A stretch of DNA of 64,000 nucleotides from Candidatus Micrarchaeia archaeon. Lineage in GTDB: Archaea; Micrarchaeota; Micrarchaeia; Burarchaeales; Fermentimicrarchaeaceae. The DNA lies in NCBI GenBank assembly GCA_038871515.1, contig JAVZHX010000001.1, positions 477,697-541,696 on the forward strand. The letters run 5' to 3'. The translations under genes and the position numbers were made by a program. Shown here in pieces: positions 42,506 through 51,251 of this stretch (its first letter is position 1; every line of letters begins with the position of its first letter). The notes under the pieces were generated by a model. That model made no database searches. It was not told where the DNA came from and saw nothing but the letters and a program-made list of their open reading frames with translations.

Positions 42506-42949
42506 CTACCCACGTCCCTTCTCTCCTTTAGCTTCCCTCATCTTACCCACAATTTTGTTTGCCGCTTCCTCCAGCTCAACCATCTTCTTTGATACTTCCT
42601 CAAAGCTATTTTGAAGTTTTTTCGTCATAGACTCTGTTTCCTCAACTCTTTCACTGAGAATTTTAACAGCGTCTGCAACTGGTTTCTCAACAATCACACC
42701 TGCCCCAATGTCAATTAATGCAGCCTCCCTCTCCTTTATGCTTGCTTTCACATATGCTCCAGAACCAATTGGAAGAAGCACCTCCTCCTTATCAGTCAGT
42801 TTACTTATGCTTTCAAGCGTCTGAATTGCGCTTTTTAATGAAGCGTAGTTCAGCTGTAAATTCGCAAGCTGCTGCTGAAGCACCTGCGCCTGCTCCCTAT
42901 AAACCTGCATCTCATACGCCAGCTTCGCCAGCTCCTCCCTCTCCCCCAT
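42506..42949 (-). CDS. pfdA: Prefoldin alpha subunit
   Basis: LLPIGSGAYV and IDIGAGVIVEK flanked by coiled coils; conserved position upstream of ftsY. Confidence 0.93.
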   Translation of the reverse strand: MGEREELAKLAYEMQVYREQAQVLQQQLANLQLNYASLKSAIQTLESISKLTDKEEVLLPIGSGAYVKASIKEREAALIDIGAGVIVEKPVADAVKILSERVEETESMTKKLQNSFEEVSKKMVELEEAANKIVGKMREAKGEKGRG

Positions 42950-43125
42950 CAACCCACCTCCTCCACAGAAATTATCTTCACATCTTTCTTTTTAACTCCA
43001 TAGTTGCTGCCCAGCTTTGTGCAAACAATCTCCTCAGCCCTTTTCCTTGTTGGGGCTTCCACCTCCTTTGAAAACTTTCTCCTCTCCTTCCCCAAAATCA
43101 TCTCACCTTTTACAAGAAACTTCAT
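42949..43125 (-). CDS. rpl18a: 50S ribosomal protein L18Ae/LX (eL20)
   Basis: Below the ORF-track cut-off. Manual translation MKFLVKGEMILGKERRKFSKEVEA...KLGSNYGVKKKDVKIISVEEVG (58 aa); conserved position before pfdA. Confidence 0.88.
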   Translation of the reverse strand: MKFLVKGEMILGKERRKFSKEVEAPTRKRAEEIVCTKLGSNYGVKKKDVKIISVEEVG

Positions 43126-43451
43126 CACACCACCCTTGTCCCAACAGGAACGCTATCATCAACAAAAAGCACAGACGTTCCGCCCTCCCAGTCAGCTGCA
43201 AGCAGCATCGCTTCCGACTCCAAACCTCTGAACTTCTTGTGCTCCAGGTTAACAAGCAGAACAATCTTTCTTCCAACAAGCTGCTCCGGAACGTAGTGAG
43301 CGCCTATACCCGCTATCACCTGTCTCTTCTCCCCCCCTATATCCACAATCATTTTAATCAATCTATCAGTGTTTGGAACCCTCTCCGCGCTTTCAACAAG
43401 CCCCACTCTGAAATCCATCCTTCTGAACTCATCAAATTTCACAATGCTCAT
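43125..43451 (-). CDS. Stand-alone tRNA-binding OB-fold protein (Trbp111/MetRS C-terminal/CsaA-like)
   Basis: DFRVG, RQVIAGI, VNL..KKFRGLESEAMLLAA. Confidence 0.88.
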   Translation of the reverse strand: MSIVKFDEFRRMDFRVGLVESAERVPNTDRLIKMIVDIGGEKRQVIAGIGAHYVPEQLVGRKIVLLVNLEHKKFRGLESEAMLLAADWEGGTSVLFVDDSVPVGTRVV

Positions 43452-44123
43452 TTAATCACCTATAAACCCAAAAGCCTCATCCATTCTCTGAACTTCAAAA
43501 CCACTTGTTCTCTCCCCAACAACAAACCCATTGCTGTTTGCAAGCACACACAACCCAACAAAAGGCACCCCCATATTCGCAGTTCCAAATGCTCCCTTCA
43601 CTTTAAACAGCTCCTCAAGGAATGAGAACTCCTCCTCAGAAACATTCGTTCTTGTCAGGATTCCCTTGTTTGTCACAACTGCAACGCTCCCAACAAGCTT
43701 GCTCCCCCCAACCGTGCCAGTAACAACCTCCACCCCCAAACACTCCTCAACTGTTTTTAAACTGCTCCTGCTGAGGGATGGGTTTGCCAAGCACGCCCTG
43801 TCATTTACCAAAAGGTTGTTACCCAACGCGCTCCTCTTATCCTCAACTACAACTGCATTCACTGAATTTTCACGCAACCATCTCACCTCTAATTCATACG
43901 CTGTTGAAGGAAGCACCATTCCATTTGAGTTCATCGCGCAGAAAACTCCAATCAAACTTGAATTTGATATGCTTGCTGTTATAACAGGTGTTTTCAGCAC
44001 ACCCGAACACACTCTCCTCAATTTCTCAGGTGCATTCTTTGGAAGAACTGTCAGCTTGTCGCTTGTTCTCGCAAAAATTCCTAGAAATGAGTTTCCTTCC
44101 ATAGTTGCTTTGGCAAAATGCAT
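43452..44123 (-). CDS. eif6: Translation initiation factor 6
   Basis: NSNG repeats, ALGNNLLVND, GTANMGVPFVG, TSGFE. Confidence 0.93.
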   Translation of the reverse strand: MHFAKATMEGNSFLGIFARTSDKLTVLPKNAPEKLRRVCSGVLKTPVITASISNSSLIGVFCAMNSNGMVLPSTAYELEVRWLRENSVNAVVVEDKRSALGNNLLVNDRACLANPSLSRSSLKTVEECLGVEVVTGTVGGSKLVGSVAVVTNKGILTRTNVSEEEFSFLEELFKVKGAFGTANMGVPFVGLCVLANSNGFVVGERTSGFEVQRMDEAFGFIGD

Positions 44124-44124
44124 G

Positions 44125-44412
44125 CTACCCCTTCTTCTCCTCCTTTGGCTCCTCAACAAGCGAAACAGAAACCTCTCCTTTTGCATCCCTCTTTGCTTTC
44201 ACCTTAATCCTTCTTGGTGGTTTCTTTATCCCCCTGCTCCAAAGCAGCGAGTTAACTTCCTTGCTCAGCTTAACTCTCTCCTCCTCAGTTTTCATGTGCT
44301 TTGCAAGAAAACCCTTCAGAATTTTAACAGCCCTTCTCGCTCTTTTTCCTCTCACAGTGAGGTATGCTTTTCCGAGCGGCACTGTATAAACTCTCTCTAT
44401 TTCCTCAACCAT
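44125..44412 (-). CDS. rpl31e: 50S ribosomal protein L31e
   Basis: ERVYTVPL, RARRAV, WSRGIKKPP. Confidence 0.95.
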   Translation of the reverse strand: MVEEIERVYTVPLGKAYLTVRGKRARRAVKILKGFLAKHMKTEEERVKLSKEVNSLLWSRGIKKPPRRIKVKAKRDAKGEVSVSLVEEPKEEKKG

Positions 44413-44420
44413 CTGCTCAC

Positions 44421-44582
44421 CTACATATGAAGCTTCAGCTTCTTCCTCCTCCAGTTTCTGCTTCTTGGGTTTGTTCTAACCCTTCTGTTTGTTTTTGCAA
44501 CAACGAATAGAGGCACCCTCCTATTCTTTTTCAGCGCAGATGCAAGGGCAATTTTCTTCTTATAAGATTTGTTGCGTCCCAT
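44421..44582 (-). CDS. rpl39e: 50S ribosomal protein L39e
   Basis: Manual translation [53 protein letters not shown] (53 aa). Confidence 0.93.
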   Translation of the reverse strand: MGRNKSYKKKIALASALKKNRRVPLFVVAKTNRRVRTNPRSRNWRRKKLKLHM

Positions 44583-44586
44583 ACAA

Positions 44587-44895
44587 TCACTTCCTCTTAA
44601 TCTCTATATCCGGCTCCTTTCTGGCAGTAAGCTTTGCAAGAATCTCCTTAAGCTGAGCATCGCTTACTTTTCCTTTTATCTGTCCATTCTGCTGAAGGTA
44701 TAGCAGCATTGCAACCACCTGGTCATACAGCGCGGGGTTAGCAATCCTGACGTTCATCAATCTTTCATATGCTTGAGCATCAACAACATACCTCAGAGCA
44801 ATCTTCTTCCTCATCTCCATTTCCCGCGCCTGCTGGTACTGCAACAGCCTTTCCTTTATTTTTCTGTTTCTCAACTCCTCAAGCTCCTCCTCCAT
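44587..44895 (-). CDS. PDCD5-like dsDNA-binding protein
   Basis: [25 protein letters not shown]; conserved position after rps19e. Confidence 0.9.
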   Translation of the reverse strand: MEEELEELRNRKIKERLLQYQQAREMEMRKKIALRYVVDAQAYERLMNVRIANPALYDQVVAMLLYLQQNGQIKGKVSDAQLKEILAKLTARKEPDIEIKRK

Positions 44896-45314
44896 CAGCT
44901 CACCTTTGAAACTTCCAATGCAGTTGCATCAAGGAATGCCCTTCCCTTACCAGTAAGTGCCCTTCCTTTCTTGCTGTGCTCCACAAAACCAACCTTCTCA
45001 AGCTGGTGCAATGCTTCTCTCACAATGGAGCCGCTTCCCTTTCTGAACTTCTCAGGTTTCACTCCCCTGTGCTTTCTGCCCCCGTACTCCCTTCTCAATC
45101 TATTCACCCCAACAGGTGATTTAATATAAAGCTTTCTCAAAATGGAGGCACACCTTATATACCAAAAGTTCTCCTGCTCAGGAGGCCTTTCCCTGTGTGC
45201 ACCAGATTTTGCAAACTCCATCCACTCCGGTGGCTTAACCCCTTCAACTTCTTTAAGTTTCTCTGCAACTTTGCTTATCAGCTTGTCTGCGGGCACGTCG
45301 TAAACACTTATCAT
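44895..45314 (-). CDS. rps19e: 30S ribosomal protein S19e
   Basis: PPEW..FAKSG.HRERPP, WYIRCASILRK, GSGSIVR. Confidence 0.96.
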   Translation of the reverse strand: MISVYDVPADKLISKVAEKLKEVEGVKPPEWMEFAKSGAHRERPPEQENFWYIRCASILRKLYIKSPVGVNRLRREYGGRKHRGVKPEKFRKGSGSIVREALHQLEKVGFVEHSKKGRALTGKGRAFLDATALEVSKVS

Positions 45315-45391
45315 CTATTCACCTCAAGATTGTAAGAGTTGAATTCAAATGCGGGATAATTATGGTTATATACCTATAAAAACTTTGCATA

Positions 45392-45697
45392 TTATCTGCG
45401 AAGCGAAAAGCACCTAACTGCACCGCACTTGCATCTGTACTCCATCACCCCTTTCCTTGAATTCACCCTCACCTTAACATTATACCCCGGAATCCAAACG
45501 ATTCCGCATTTTTTGCAGAACTTCCTCTTCAACTCCTTCGGAAACCTTACGTTGTACTTCATACCAAGCTTTCTTGCAAGGTAAATATACCTTCTTGCCC
45601 TCTCAGGATGCGCTTTCAATTCCCTCTCTGCCAGCTGGAAAAGTATGTTTATCCTTTCCCTCACAACCTGCAGGAGAAAACCAGATCTCCTTCTCAT
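45392..45697 (-). CDS. rnp4: RNase P protein component 4 (Rpp21)
   Basis: ERINILF.LA, ARRY..LAR, FCKKC...PG, C.CG. Confidence 0.92.
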   Translation of the reverse strand: MRRRSGFLLQVVRERINILFQLAERELKAHPERARRYIYLARKLGMKYNVRFPKELKRKFCKKCGIVWIPGYNVKVRVNSRKGVMEYRCKCGAVRCFSLRR

Positions 45698-45708
45698 CTA
45701 AAAACCAC

Positions 45709-45812
45709 TGGTGGGCCCGGAGAGATTTGAACTCTCGACCTACAGCTTTCCTAGACGTGTGCAAGAGCGCGTCGTATAAGACTGCCGCTCTGACCAGCTG
45801 AGCTACGGGCCC
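45709..45812 (-). tRNA. tRNA-Ile(UAU) with a 27-nt intron at 37/38 (intron 45748-45774); CCA encoded
   Basis: GGGCCCG/CGGGCCC-A-CCA acceptor; anticodon arm GCAGT-CT-TAT-A[intron]A-GCTGT; BHB motif with CUUA/UAGG helix and UAC and AAA bulges. Confidence 0.92.
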
Positions 45813-45887
45813 TTTAAGTTATATCTGCTTTAACATTTAAAATGCTGACGTTATGCTATTTTAAATTTCAAATGCGCATCTTTAAGT

Positions 45888-46826
45888 ATGGAGAAGTGGA
45901 AGGAAGGGGAAGCGCCAATAAAAGATTTTAAAGATTTGCATGATAGACCACGCCTCAGGGAGCTTGCTGATTCTTTGAAGGAATGGAATTTAACTCCAAA
46001 TGCACTTGTTTTTACAAGACGGAGCCACTCGTTGGCAATTCGCGAGGGCGCAGCGAAGCAGCTGGAGGAGCTTGGGAGGATGAGCACAAGGTTGAATGAA
46101 TTTGCTGTTTCTGAGCTGTACGCATTTGGGGTTGGCGATACCAGAAGGAATTCAACAATTGTTGATAAGTTCATTCTCCCATCCCAAAACAGAATACTCG
46201 TGCTAAAGGATGATGATATCGAAGTAGCTCGCACAAGGAATTCAAGAACTCTGCTTGAGGAGTACATGAAAACTGAAGATGGAAAAATCAGGGATATAGT
46301 ATCTCTTCTGTGCAGAGTCGTGAACAGAAAAAATGAAAAAGATGTGGAACTTCTGAGAAAGTTCGAGAGCAGGTTTTCAGAGATATTTGTTGATGAGAAT
46401 ATGACACCTGAAAAAATACTAAACACTCCGTGGGAAATGATATCCAGTTCTGGAAGGGTTGATAACACAAAGTATTACGTGGAGAGGGTAAGTAAGGAGG
46501 GCATTCCTGTTTTTGGAGTTCATGTGCATCCAACCTCACTTAAACCATCTCCCTTTGACATTTACGTTGATGCTGGGCCGAAACAGAGGATTGAGTGGAC
46601 GGGCATACTGCTCGCCAGGAAGGAAAGCTGGTGGAAGTTTGAGATTGATGAAAATAACTTTGCGGTATACTACTCAGATATAAACAACCCAAAGTGGCTG
46701 CGGGAGATAATTGCAAGATTCAGCGATGAGGAGTTCTCCAACCCGCGTTACTTTCAGGAGGATTTTGTGAGGGAAAACAAGGCAAGAATGATGAAGTATG
46801 GAGAATTGCTTGCGAAGTTATCCTAA
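45888..46826 (+). CDS. Hypothetical protein with JAB/MPN-like metal motif
   Basis: NEFAV...GVHVHPTSLKPSPFD resembles E...HxH..PSxxD, with spacing one residue shorter than canonical. Confidence 0.5.
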   Translation: MEKWKEGEAPIKDFKDLHDRPRLRELADSLKEWNLTPNALVFTRRSHSLAIREGAAKQLEELGRMSTRLNEFAVSELYAFGVGDTRRNSTIVDKFILPSQNRILVLKDDDIEVARTRNSRTLLEEYMKTEDGKIRDIVSLLCRVVNRKNEKDVELLRKFESRFSEIFVDENMTPEKILNTPWEMISSSGRVDNTKYYVERVSKEGIPVFGVHVHPTSLKPSPFDIYVDAGPKQRIEWTGILLARKESWWKFEIDENNFAVYYSDINNPKWLREIIARFSDEEFSNPRYFQEDFVRENKARMMKYGELLAKLS

Positions 46827-46864
46827 TTCTATAAATTTAAAAGATTCAAATTCGTAATTCTAGC

Positions 46865-47785
46865 ATGAAGCTTGAAACAAAAGGTGGAACCGAAACTGAT
46901 ACTAAAGTCATTATTCTATATACCGCCCACACCCCAAATTTTCTCAAACAATTTAAGGGATTCATTGAAACAACCAAACCAAATCTAATCATCTTGGAGG
47001 AAGATAAAAAAGCAACATTTCAGCAAATGCTGGAAGGAAAGATCACCGTTAAACAGTATATGCAGGGCTACATCTACCCAATGCCCCAGTTCATTGAGAA
47101 GCGTTACGAATTCCTAGTAAAACTGCATAAGGAGAAACCAGAAATCAGGATAGAGCAGTTCGAACCCAGTATAGAGATGGAGCTTAGAAATATGATAAGA
47201 AATCAAATAAGTATGGAGATTGGGCTTAGCGTAGCAAAAGGTGATTTTGAAGGTGGAGTAAAAGGAATGATAAACTTTGCCAAATCTGAAGCTGACTGGC
47301 TTAAAGTTGAGGAGGAGATGAGGGCGAAGGGAATAGCAGAAAAGATAAAGAATGGGGAATGGAAAGGACGCATACTTGTTGAAGCAGGTGCAACACATAC
47401 TAGAGTTGGGCATTTTCTTAAAAAATATCTCAATGATGTTGAAGTGAGTTCAATTTATCTATTCAAGGAAACAATCCAGGAGGCACTCAAAGATGAGGTG
47501 TATGGAAGTCAGCTTCACATGCTCTACCCCCCGCCCCAAGAATTAAAGAGGTTGTATATCTCCGGGAGGAAGGTAAGTGAGGAAAGGGAGAAGTTGCTTG
47601 GTGCCAGAGCTTTAGTTCTTTCCATGATAACAAGTAAGAATGAGGGGGAGTTGGGCAATGTTGATACTATAAAAAAGATACAAATGGTTAATAGGTTGAA
47701 TTACGAGGAGTGCAGGGATTTATTCAACGAAATAACCTCCAAGGAGCTTGGGGTTTCGGAGTTTAAAAAATTCAAACCCATGTGA
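46865..47785 (+). CDS. Hypothetical protein, possibly TraB/Tiki/EreA-ChaN-like
   Basis: IILYTAH...LIILEE...EEEMR...ILVEAGATH gives an H-E-R-GxxH pattern. Confidence 0.45.
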   Translation: MKLETKGGTETDTKVIILYTAHTPNFLKQFKGFIETTKPNLIILEEDKKATFQQMLEGKITVKQYMQGYIYPMPQFIEKRYEFLVKLHKEKPEIRIEQFEPSIEMELRNMIRNQISMEIGLSVAKGDFEGGVKGMINFAKSEADWLKVEEEMRAKGIAEKIKNGEWKGRILVEAGATHTRVGHFLKKYLNDVEVSSIYLFKETIQEALKDEVYGSQLHMLYPPPQELKRLYISGRKVSEEREKLLGARALVLSMITSKNEGELGNVDTIKKIQMVNRLNYEECRDLFNEITSKELGVSEFKKFKPM

Positions 47786-47807
47786 GAAAATAGAATTGAT
47801 AATAAGT

Positions 47808-47922
47808 GGTCAGCAACAACGGGCGTTCCCGCTGCAAAGCAGTACAAGCACCGTCGTGAGCGGGCTTAACTTCCGAGTTCGAAAAGGGTTCGGGTGTTTC
47901 CCCGCTCCTATGGCCGCTGACC
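47808..47922 (-). rRNA. rrf: 5S rRNA (not adjacent to 16S/23S)
   Basis: Reverse complement GGTCAGCGGCCATAG...GAAACACCCGAACCCTTTTCGAACTCGGAAGTTAAGC...GTTGCTGACC with paired termini. Ends are approximate. Confidence 0.93.
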
Positions 47923-48339
47923 GTCCATAATTATGCAGTTTAAATTTAAATAGCTTTCACTCTTTAATCTCAAATATCTCTCGCAAATCTCTCTGTAACC
48001 GTTCCACCATTCGTGGTTGCATAAATGTTGATTCATTGTTGCCTGCAAGGTTTCGAATTTGTTGTGGCACCTGAACCCCCCGTAAGTTATCTCCATAGAA
48101 ACAACAATCCCACCCAGCTTCAACATCACCTCATTTATTCTATCCTCCCTGCTCATCCTCCCCATCTCCTTCACCGCATCCCTGAAGCTCTTCTCCTTGC
48201 TGCGCTCCTTTACAAACTCAATTTCAACTTCTCTTAAAAGAAACTTTGCTGCTTCTAGAGTTGGTATCCCACCTCTCCCCAAATCCCCTATGGCAGTCTT
48301 TATCCTTTCCCTCTCTTCAATTGTAGCTGTTTCAGGCAT
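47908..48339 (-). CDS. Hypothetical protein (3' end overlaps the 5S promoter and 5' end)
   Basis: 143-aa ORF with an upstream TTTAAATA box; no recognisable motif. Confidence 0.5.
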   Translation of the reverse strand: MPETATIEERERIKTAIGDLGRGGIPTLEAAKFLLREVEIEFVKERSKEKSFRDAVKEMGRMSREDRINEVMLKLGGIVVSMEITYGGFRCHNKFETLQATMNQHLCNHEWWNGYREICERYLRLKSESYLNLNCIIMDGQRP

Positions 48340-48398
48340 ATGTTAAATTAGGCATTTTGACTATTTAAACCCACATACCTATGAAACTTAAGAAACAG

Positions 48399-48701
48399 CT
48401 ATTTCTTCTCAGGAAGCGGTTTCGCGTGCGCAGCAAGCATCTTTATTGCCTGTTCAATCGCATTCTTCACTTCCTTTTCGCTTTTTGAACCTGTGCAGAT
48501 AATCTTGCCATTTTTGAAAAGCAGCAGTGATGCTCTTGGGTCCTTTAACTTCAGTATGGCGCCTGGGAACTGCTCTGGCTCGTACTCAACGTTCCTTACC
48601 TCCTGAGCAATTGTGTACAAATCAAGCTCCACTCCCAAATTTGCCGAAGCAACAATGTTTTCTATCTTGAACTTCGGTTCAATTTTGAGTTTTTTAGCCA
48701 C
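48399..48701 (-). CDS. Single-repeat (half) TATA-binding-protein-like protein
   Basis: IENIVAS..L...LDL, EYEPEQFPG, LLLFKNGKIICTG.KS form one complete TBP repeat in 100 aa; GTG start with a GGTGGTGG SD. Confidence 0.88.
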   Translation of the reverse strand: MAKKLKIEPKFKIENIVASANLGVELDLYTIAQEVRNVEYEPEQFPGAILKLKDPRASLLLFKNGKIICTGSKSEKEVKNAIEQAIKMLAAHAKPLPEKK

Positions 48702-48775
48702 GGGTGACCACCACCAATTTATTTATAAAGATAAGTATTTAAATACTTAATAAACGCTCAGAGGGAGGCAGCATT

Positions 48776-49051
48776 ATGAAAAGGTCACTGGGTAAGTTCT
48801 CAAAGAGGACAAGATGCCTCAGAAGAAGAGTGGGGGAGAAGCTAACAACCAGAGCTGTCCTAAGGAGCTTCAGCGTTGGCGATAGGGTTTGCATAAACCC
48901 CGCCCCTTCCCAAGAAGGTTTGCCCCACCCGCGCTACAGAGGAAGGCACGGGATAGTGGTTGGGAAAAGAGGCAACTCATATGTTGTTGAAGTCAAAATT
49001 GGAAATTCAACAAAAAAGCTTATAGTGTCTGGTATGCATCTGAGGAAGTGA
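48776..49051 (+). CDS. rpl21e: 50S ribosomal protein L21e
   Basis: GDRV.I...P, GLPHPRYRGRHG.V, HL. Confidence 0.95.
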   Translation: MKRSLGKFSKRTRCLRRRVGEKLTTRAVLRSFSVGDRVCINPAPSQEGLPHPRYRGRHGIVVGKRGNSYVVEVKIGNSTKKLIVSGMHLRK

Positions 49052-49055
49052 TAGT

Positions 49056-49385
49056 ATGAAGGTGATTTCAACAAAACCAGCAACGCTTGCAGAGGTTGCC
49101 GAGGTGCTTGAAAAAAGAGCACAGGAAGGTGAGCTTGGGTTTGAGCAGCAGGCAACCCTTGCGTATGCGAAAAAATATGCAAAGCTCAGCAGGAAGAAAG
49201 CAGAGGAGATGATGGAGGAGCTGATGAAGAATGATAAGATAAAAGCAAATGTTGCTGCAAAAATAGTGGATATCTTTCCAAAGAATCCAGATCAGGTTCG
49301 CCTCCTCTTTGCAAACGAAAGATATTCACTAAGTTCAGAGGAGATTGAGGAAGTGCTTAACATTGTCAAAAAATACTCAAGATAA
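49056..49385 (+). CDS. rpo4: RNA polymerase subunit Rpo4 (F)
   Basis: ELGFEQ..TL.Y, AAKIVDIFP; conserved position after rpl21e. Confidence 0.93.
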   Translation: MKVISTKPATLAEVAEVLEKRAQEGELGFEQQATLAYAKKYAKLSRKKAEEMMEELMKNDKIKANVAAKIVDIFPKNPDQVRLLFANERYSLSSEEIEEVLNIVKKYSR

Positions 49386-49396
49386 GGGTTTGGAAA

Positions 49397-49963
49397 ATGA
49401 AAATTGGAATGGAGGAATACGCAATAGTGTTAGACTCCCTACCATACGGGAAATCAACAGATGTGAGAAGGGAGCCAATCGCCCAGGTTGTTGGCGAAGA
49501 ATACTTTACGCTACTGGAAGTCACGCCAAAGCCAGGTGCAACTTTCAACGTTGGGGAGAGAACGTATATTGGGAAAGGACCGAGAGATAAAGTGGATCAT
49601 ATAAGAAGCAGAATAACCTACTTTGATTTAACTTCTGCTGCGAGGAATGAGCTGGAAAGAACAATAAGGAGAATAATAAAGGAGAGGGAGAAGTACTTTG
49701 TTGAGTTCTTCAATAAATGCGGTCCGATAAACATACGCTTGCATCAGCTTGAATTGCTTCCGGGAGTTGGCAAGAAGCACATGAAGGATATTCTGGAGGA
49801 GAGGGAGAGAAAGCCATTTGAAAGCTTGGAGGAGATAAACAAAAGAATCTCGCTTCTTCCAGATGTGACAAAAATACTCACGGAGAGAGTGCTTGAGGAG
49901 CTGACGGGAAAGTCAAAATATTACATACTGACAAGACCGCCTTTCCAGAAGGGAGAGGTTTGA
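49397..49963 (+). CDS. DUF655 putative RNA-binding protein
   Basis: GEEYFTLLE, RLHQLELLPGVGKK; conserved operon context. Confidence 0.92.
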   Translation: MKIGMEEYAIVLDSLPYGKSTDVRREPIAQVVGEEYFTLLEVTPKPGATFNVGERTYIGKGPRDKVDHIRSRITYFDLTSAARNELERTIRRIIKEREKYFVEFFNKCGPINIRLHQLELLPGVGKKHMKDILEERERKPFESLEEINKRISLLPDVTKILTERVLEELTGKSKYYILTRPPFQKGEV

Positions 49964-49966
49964 GAG

Positions 49967-50773
49967 ATGCTCAGGAAGGAGCTTATTGAAATTTTTGAAA
50001 GGTATTCAATACACCCAAAGAAAAGACTGAGCCAAAGCTTTCTGGTTGATGAGAGAGTTATACGTGATGAGGTTGAGTTTGCGGAAGCGGATGGAAAGGA
50101 GGTTCTTGAAATAGGGGCAGGGGTTGGCTTTCTCACAAGAGCGCTTGCTGAGAGAGCAAAAAAAGTTATGGCTGTTGAGAAGGATTCAAGGTTGGTTGAA
50201 GTTCTGAGAGACACCATGCCACCTTCTGTTGAAGTTGTTGAGGTTGATTTTCTTAACTATGAAATTCCAAGCGCGGAGGTTATAGTTTCTAATGTCCCCT
50301 ACTCAATTTCATCCTCTTTACTTTTCAAAATAAGCGAGATGAAGTTTGAAAGAGCACTCCTGTGTTTTCAGGAAGAGTTTGCAAGGAGGATGGTTGCTCA
50401 GCCAAATACCAGTGAATACTCCCGTCTCTCTGTGATGAGCCAGCTGAAGTTCAAGCTGAAGTTGTTAAGGAGAGTTTCAAAAGGATGCTTCTTCCCAATT
50501 CCAAAGGTGAACTCCCGTTTGATACTGCTCGAGCCAACCGGAAGAGTGATTGATGGAGTTTCAAAGGAGCTCATAAATTTACTTTTCCAACACAGAAACA
50601 GAACCCTTAGAAGCTCATTGCTCTGCTCTGCTAGAAACTTGGGAGTTGAGAAAAATAAGCTGAAACAAATTGTGAATTCTTTGCCATTTAAAAACAGGAG
50701 GGTGAATTCCTTAAACCAGACCGAAATACTTCAGCTTGTGGAAAATGAAAAGCTAAGAGGCGTTCTGAGCTAA
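49967..50773 (+). CDS. ksgA: 16S rRNA dimethyladenosine transferase KsgA/Dim1
   Basis: LSQSFL, VLEIGAGVG, SNVPYSIS, YSRLSV, F.P.PKVNS. Confidence 0.94.
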   Translation: MLRKELIEIFERYSIHPKKRLSQSFLVDERVIRDEVEFAEADGKEVLEIGAGVGFLTRALAERAKKVMAVEKDSRLVEVLRDTMPPSVEVVEVDFLNYEIPSAEVIVSNVPYSISSSLLFKISEMKFERALLCFQEEFARRMVAQPNTSEYSRLSVMSQLKFKLKLLRRVSKGCFFPIPKVNSRLILLEPTGRVIDGVSKELINLLFQHRNRTLRSSLLCSARNLGVEKNKLKQIVNSLPFKNRRVNSLNQTEILQLVENEKLRGVLS

Positions 50774-51153
50774 TACTCCTCCTCAAACTGTTCCATCTCC
50801 ATTATCACTTCCTCAAGCTCTGCTCTCTGTTTCATAAGAAGTTGCTTTATCTTCTGGAATCTTTTTGCCTGCAAATCAACCGTTCTGTATTTCTTTGATG
50901 CTTTGTTGAAGTGCTCAATTGACAGAGTGTAAAACTCCTCATTATCCATTGCCTTTGCAATATCCTCAAGTATCTTTCCTAATAGTTCATTCGCAGCTAT
51001 CTTCACATCCCTTCTTATCTGATGCTCCTTCTGAAAGTTATTCTTCAGAATTTTTACAACTCTTGCGTTTGGGAATGGAAGCGCAAGCTTTTCAAGCTCC
51101 TCCTCTTCCTTCGCTTCCTCAGTTTCGGCAGGAATCTGTTCTCCCTCTCCCAC
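50770..51153 (-). CDS. Histone-fold protein with acidic N-tail and C-terminal coiled coil
   Basis: LPFPNARVVKILK...QIRRDVK.A...L...L..IA...TLSIEHF histone-fold pattern followed by a long heptad helix. Confidence 0.65.
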   Translation of the reverse strand: MGEGEQIPAETEEAKEEEELEKLALPFPNARVVKILKNNFQKEHQIRRDVKIAANELLGKILEDIAKAMDNEEFYTLSIEHFNKASKKYRTVDLQAKRFQKIKQLLMKQRAELEEVIMEMEQFEEEY

Positions 51154-51251
51154 GCTATCACCCTATTCAATTTATTCAGCATTCTTTAAATAAGTTAACT
51201 ACTGCTCAGCAAACTTACATGTTCTTATTATATACCTGATAAAAATTAATT

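Noticed and set aside
43125..43451. tRNA-binding OB protein inside the eif6-rpl18a operon as a novel system
   Set aside because: Stand-alone Trbp/MetRS C-terminal domains are common, and placement in a translation operon is unremarkable.
39488..45812. Integrated element bounded by the tRNA-Leu and tRNA-Ile sequences (shared GAGAGTTCAAATCTCTC)
   Set aside because: The shared sequence is just the T-arm of two complete tRNAs. The interval holds core ribosomal genes, and I see no integrase or att duplication.
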